Assembly (NCBI GenBank): GCA_048882045.1
Contig: JBHLRZ010000008.1
Coordinates: forward strand, 48,906-112,905
DNA length: 64,000 nucleotides
Reading direction: 5' to 3'
Source: Candidatus Thorarchaeota archaeon
GTDB lineage: Archaea > Asgardarchaeota > Thorarchaeia > Thorarchaeales > Thorarchaeaceae
Position numbers and translations under genes: made by a program. Shown here in pieces: positions 60,212-64,000 of the stretch. Every line of letters starts with the position of its first letter. Position 1 is the stretch's first letter. The notes beneath the pieces are model-generated. The model was not told the origin of the DNA, made no database searches, and saw only the letters and a list, made by a program, of their open reading frames with translations.

Positions 60212-60318
60212 TGTTTGATTTGTTGTGAAGTCTTGCAAACTTGTTACATGAAGTGAGGGTGTTCTCTCTCAGAAATGGTGAATCACTCATCTTTGAGGCA
60301 AACAATACGATTTTGTAA

Positions 60319-60413
60319 GCGCGAGAGGCACCAAAAAATTGAGGGTTCGCATGGTTGCTTGAGGAGGGGAGAGGATGATTATATGTTTCAGGAGGGAGTG
60401 GTGCCTCTCACAC
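60319..60413 (-). ncRNA. Candidate small RNA: terminal stem with CU-rich loop
   Basis: Perfect 11-bp GAGAGGCACCA/TGGTGCCTCTC stem, extended by G-U pairs only on the minus strand; TTATAAA about 26 nt upstream. Confidence 0.45.
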
Positions 60414-60555
60414 TTCAATGAGAATTTTTCAATATTCATTTATAATAATTGTGGTATTTACAATGGAAATACGAAATAATTGCGAAAATCGCAATAACAT
60501 ACATTTGTCGCTTGATTGGTATCCAACTTTGCTAGTAGATATTTTGGCAACACTA

Positions 60556-60906
60556 TCAGTAGTTACTTCCTTCATAACTTCTTGATTGATGCCCAATCAG
60601 CGCCTTCACATTCTTAATGATCGTATCCTCTCCTGCTGAATGGGATCCCCAATTGAAATTGCATAATCCTTCGCCACCTCCACTGCCAACAACAGTGAGT
60701 ACAGCTTGTTCGAAGTTGCCCTTCGATTCCACAACTGCTGTTAAGGTCTGATAAGACCCCGTTCTCCAAACATACTCTTCGTGAATGAATATTGCCATGA
60801 CATCTGGTCCAAGTCTACTTATCTTTCTGGTCACAGCTGAATAGTTCCTAGAAAGGTAATCAATTACAAGGTCCAAGTACTGTCCATCGAATGTTAGTGT
60901 CTTCAA
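60556..60906 (-). CDS. DUF6054-like protein
   Basis: EEYVWRTGS...TLTAVV...VGSGGGEG..FNWGS. Confidence 0.65.
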   Translation of the reverse strand: MKTLTFDGQYLDLVIDYLSRNYSAVTRKISRLGPDVMAIFIHEEYVWRTGSYQTLTAVVESKGNFEQAVLTVVGSGGGEGLCNFNWGSHSAGEDTIIKNVKALIGHQSRSYEGSNY

Positions 60907-61037
60907 CTAATACTCTCTCAAGTGAACGTCTGCCTGAAGAAATATAGATTCTTCTTCTCATTGTCCGTTACTAGAACTCAAGCTTCTCTCATGTTAGTGG
61001 TGTCTTGCTCGCGAGAGGGTATAAGTCCGTGTAAGTT

Positions 61038-62420
61038 TCATTCCAATTCGACATGATTGTCTAGGTCGGCTATAGATTGGTCTTCCACTAGTATGTCCTC
61101 AATGGGTGTCTGCAATTCTTGACGAATCTTCCAAAGAGTTCCATGCATTCGTCTATTCACGACAATTATGAAGCCAATTATGCCAATGATGAACGCTCCA
61201 ATGCCCGCCACAAAGATTGGAGGTCGACTGGAACTAACAGATTCTGCCCACACTCCTGATATTGCCATTCCTGTAAGCTGTGCAGTGTTTATCATCACAC
61301 TCTGGAAAGAGAACACTTTGCCCCTCATTTTGTCCTCGATGATTTCCTGCATGATTGCCGCACTCGGAACACCTATGGCAACATTAACTGCTCCTACTGT
61401 TGACATCAGTAGTATAGCAGAAATAACATCGCTTACAGCTACAAAGGCCATAAGGCTGAATACTACGCCAACAACCACCATTGCCCCCATCATTAGGAAG
61501 AAGGGTCTCTTGATCTCTGATTTCTGTCCCAGTAACGCAGCTGCTATAACTCCTGAAACAGCACTAGCACTCATTATCAAACTGAAACTGAATTCATCAA
61601 ACGCAAGTTCACCTTGGAAGAACGGTACAATGATTGCGTTGAGCATACCACCCAGTAGCATCAAAGCTGTGAACATCAAAAGGAGAAATGATACTATTGA
61701 GCTGCGTTTTACCACCCTAACAGCATCTGTCATCTCTCTAACGTATGATCGCTCAAGATCAGGTATCGTTTCTGGTACCAAGGATGTTCTTATAGTAACC
61801 AAAACGATGGCTGAGGCAGCGAATGTTGATGCATCAATTAGGAACCCGAGTAAGTAGTCTGGAGCCACAATCGCCATGAGTGCTCCACCGAGAGGTGTGA
61901 AAATTAGAGCCACCATTTGAAAAGTCATTTGTGCAAGTGAGTTTGCTGTGACGAGTTCCTCTCTCTGGACCAGTCTTGGAATCGATGCGCTTCGTGCTGG
62001 GAAGAAGAACGCATTACTTGTTGCATAGATGAATGCGAGGATATACAACCATGTTAATGGAGTGAAAATTGAAGGGAAGACAGCTACAAATGGATAGAGA
62101 AACGTAACAATAGTCCGAACGACGTCCGCAGCAATCATGATTTTCTTTCTGTCCCATCTATCGATGTATACTCCAATTATCCCGGAAAATAGGACCATCG
62201 GAAGAATCTGCATCATGGCCAACCCAGCCATTGCGAGCTCTGAACCTGTCAGTGCAAATGCGAAGAACAATAGAGCAAGACTGCCAATTGAGGAGCCTAC
62301 ATTCGATATGAGCTGTCCTATCCAAAGCTTGGCAAAGTCTCGATTTCCAAGAATTGCTCTGAAGCCTTGGAGTTTTTCCTCTTCAACTAACACGTCATCG
62401 AGATCACTCAAAGCATTCAC
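61038..62420 (-). CDS. MFS transporter (H+ antiporter/macrolide efflux-like)
   Basis: FAKLWIGQLISNVG, GVYIDRWDRKKIMIAAD, FFPARSASIP, MRGKVFS; 12 TM segments. Confidence 0.92.
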   Translation of the reverse strand: MNALSDLDDVLVEEEKLQGFRAILGNRDFAKLWIGQLISNVGSSIGSLALLFFAFALTGSELAMAGLAMMQILPMVLFSGIIGVYIDRWDRKKIMIAADVVRTIVTFLYPFVAVFPSIFTPLTWLYILAFIYATSNAFFFPARSASIPRLVQREELVTANSLAQMTFQMVALIFTPLGGALMAIVAPDYLLGFLIDASTFAASAIVLVTIRTSLVPETIPDLERSYVREMTDAVRVVKRSSIVSFLLLMFTALMLLGGMLNAIIVPFFQGELAFDEFSFSLIMSASAVSGVIAAALLGQKSEIKRPFFLMMGAMVVVGVVFSLMAFVAVSDVISAILLMSTVGAVNVAIGVPSAAIMQEIIEDKMRGKVFSFQSVMINTAQLTGMAISGVWAESVSSSRPPIFVAGIGAFIIGIIGFIIVVNRRMHGTLWKIRQELQTPIEDILVEDQSIADLDNHVELE

Positions 62421-62565
62421 AGCAACATCTCAAATTAACTTCATTACATAAGTCGTTGTATCTGTGAAAACTTGATGGGAGATTGGTCAAATTGTCATCC
62501 AAATTTGTAGTAATAGTATCCGCAATCCAACATTTGCTTAAATATAATCTATTCAACTACAATAT

Positions 62566-62649
62566 AGGGCCGGGGGTCCTTGAACTCTCTCTCTCAACAT
62601 CTCCTCCTTCCCATGTTCTCTGCGGGGCCCCCCCTCTCTCCCTTCTTTT
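62566..62649 (+). ncRNA. Candidate small RNA: terminal stem with CU-rich loop
   Basis: GGGGGTCCT (62572-80) pairs with GGGGCCCCC (62624-32) using G-U; loop contains CTCCTCC; TTAAATATAA upstream; pyrimidine/U tail. Confidence 0.4.
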
Positions 62650-62826
62650 GATTCAACCTTTACTATCCAGTTCTCCCACTGCGAACCCTGTTCCTTGCCC
62701 ATGTTAGCACCTCTTGTTGGTTTGAAGCTCACATCAGGACTTTAACATAGGGCTTTTTCGAGGCATACGTTTTCCATTGGGGAGATATCAGTAATGCTTA
62801 TATTCTATTAATTCATATTATTTCTT

Positions 62827-62930
62827 GAGGTCCACGGGGGTCCGAATCTCGCGACCATCATGAATCTGTCACTCCCTCCCTCTCTCCCAACCGTCCGACC
62901 CGATTTTTCCGGACCCCCCTCCCCCTCTTT
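62827..62930 (+). ncRNA. Candidate small RNA: terminal stem with CU-rich loop
   Basis: Perfect GGGGGTCCG (62836-44)/CGGACCCCC (62910-18); outer GAGG/CCTC; loop contains CTCCCTCCCTCTCTCCC; CTTATATT upstream. Confidence 0.45.
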
Positions 62931-62947
62931 CTGCTACTGAAAACTCT

Positions 62948-63316
62948 CTAATCTGCGGTATCTTCTTTTCTTAAGACACTAGTAATCTTCGAACGAAGGA
63001 CATAGCTCCAAGGTGTTGTCAGGTATATGTTTCGATAGAGCTTTGTCAATCTACTCTTCCGTCTGATTTTCTTGATGGGTCTTCTGACGAGAAGTGTAGA
63101 ATAGTCAGGACTCTTGTGTAGAGTATTTGACAACTCATTACTTTGCCAACAGGAAAGGTTGCGCCGACTTTGTCCCCAATACTGATTCTTATGAAATGAT
63201 TCAACGGATCTTGCACTGTTCGAGCATGCGCACCACCAATTATTAGCAAGCTTGATTGAATCTTTACAGTAGTAGCAGTTCTGGCAGGATTTCGTGAAGA
63301 GTCCTCCTTCTATCAA
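62948..63316 (-). CDS. Hypothetical Cys-rich, basic protein
   Basis: CQNCYYC...WCAC...SCW followed by a basic tail. Confidence 0.4.
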   Translation of the reverse strand: MIEGGLFTKSCQNCYYCKDSIKLANNWWCACSNSARSVESFHKNQYWGQSRRNLSCWQSNELSNTLHKSPDYSTLLVRRPIKKIRRKSRLTKLYRNIYLTTPWSYVLRSKITSVLRKEDTAD

Positions 63317-63413
63317 TCAACTTTACTAAAGATATTGCACAATAAAAACATTCCATCGGAAATCGTACGACTGTTTCCTATCCAGAAGGTTTTAATGGAG
63401 TTCAAAAGGTGCC

Positions 63414-63908
63414 ATGGCAAGGCGAGTGAAATTGTCCGTAGCAAAGAAGGCTGTTGACAGCACATTCAGAAAAATCTTGAACTACACAGCAGAGATCATC
63501 CTATCGATCATTCTGCTTGTGATAATCTCTGTTCCTCTGGGATTTGTCGTCGCTATGTGGTTCCAGTTTGTGGTTCTAGGATTTCCAAGGACCGAGCTTG
63601 CCCTTGACCCTGTTAGATGGTTTGGACTTGATGGAGCTTTCTGGATCACTCTTATCCTAGGCCTTGTAAGCTTCTTTGTTGCATATGTTTTCATCCTCAG
63701 ACTAAAGCCAGGAATTTCAGCAGATGCTGAACTCGAACCTGTTGATGAGGAGGATAAAGAGGAACTCCTTGAAGATGAAGAAGAGGAGATTGAGGAGGAA
63801 ATAGAGGAAACAGAAGAAATCGAGGAAGAAGGAGAAGAAGGAGAAGAAGTAGAGGAAGAAGAGGAAGAAGAGGAAGAGGAAGAGGAAGAAGAAGAAGTGG
63901 AAGAATAG
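63414..63908 (+). CDS. Two-TM membrane protein with poly-glutamate tail
   Basis: Basic N-terminus, two TM helices, about 55-aa Glu-rich C-terminus. Confidence 0.75.
   Translation: MARRVKLSVAKKAVDSTFRKILNYTAEIILSIILLVIISVPLGFVVAMWFQFVVLGFPRTELALDPVRWFGLDGAFWITLILGLVSFFVAYVFILRLKPGISADAELEPVDEEDKEELLEDEEEEIEEEIEETEEIEEEGEEGEEVEEEEEEEEEEEEEEEVEE
63771..63905 (+). repeat. GAR low-complexity tract encoding poly-Glu
   Basis: Imperfect GAA/GAG run. Confidence 0.8.
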
Positions 63909-63929
63909 ATTCTCTTCAACCAACCAAAT

Positions 63930-64000
63930 CTATTTCATGTTTGTCTTCGCAGCTAGTTTGTCTACAACCGCAGAAAATGCCTTAGCAGCTTTTGAATCAG
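63930..64000 (-). CDS. 3' end of a gene entering from the right, possibly an Mrp/NBP35- or MinD-like ATPase
   Basis: Hand translation DSKAAKAFSAVVDKLAAKTNMK*, resembling the P.S.AA.AF C-terminal helix of these ATPases. Confidence 0.4.
   Translation of the reverse strand, partial: DSKAAKAFSAVVDKLAAKTNMK

Noticed and set aside
62450-62947. G-strings and AT-rich patches as a possible replication origin
   Set aside because: No ORB consensus and no cdc6/orc1 nearby; the G-runs are explained by stems pairing with C-runs. The 62483-62707 ORF looks spurious.
63482-63923. Poly-Ser and Phe/Leu-rich minus-strand ORFs
   Set aside because: Antisense shadows of the poly-Glu tract.
1-64000. CRISPR arrays, tRNA/rRNA, IS elements, selenocysteine or pyrrolysine read-through
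   Set aside because: No spaced repeats, cloverleafs, transposase ORFs or interrupted conserved frames were seen by eye; tRNAscan-SE and Infernal would be needed to exclude them fully.

Overview
Gene-dense archaeal chromosomal segment, most likely from an Asgard archaeon (Thorarchaeia-like). The taxonomy is inferred from TATA/GGAGG signals, PAC2, PDCD5, a longin-wHTH protein, an E2F/DP-like protein and an archaeal Opp system. No rRNA, tRNA, CRISPR array or mobile element was recognised. Main blocks: (1) 0.3-10 kb glycerol/glycerol-ether-type catabolic operon (FGGY kinase, glpABC, alkyl-DHAP-synthase-like flavoprotein, CCG Fe-S protein), then a radical SAM and a GNAT; (2) 10-25 kb housekeeping and eukaryote-like genes (SNAP-like TPR protein, longin-wHTH, E2F/DP-like factor); (3) 25.9-36.3 kb, the best candidate for an undescribed system: four vWA proteins, three of them fused to a CDC48/NSF-N-like domain with no AAA ATPase, plus an amidohydrolase, a divergent catalytically dead fusion paralogue of both neighbours, coiled-coil proteins and a HEAT-repeat protein; (4) CPBP protease, NfeD/stomatin, ECF S-component with an HTH-pseudo-PfkB regulator, DUF92, and a GCS2-type ligase with a long Ig-like tail; (5) an Opp/Dpp ABC transporter, a presenilin-like protease, PGI/PMI and small hydrolases; (6) 60-63 kb intergenic space with three similarly built candidate small RNAs (closing stem, CU-rich loop, upstream TATA). 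All family calls come from motif recognition by eye, not database searches. Several start codons were moved from the ORF track to SD-supported positions.
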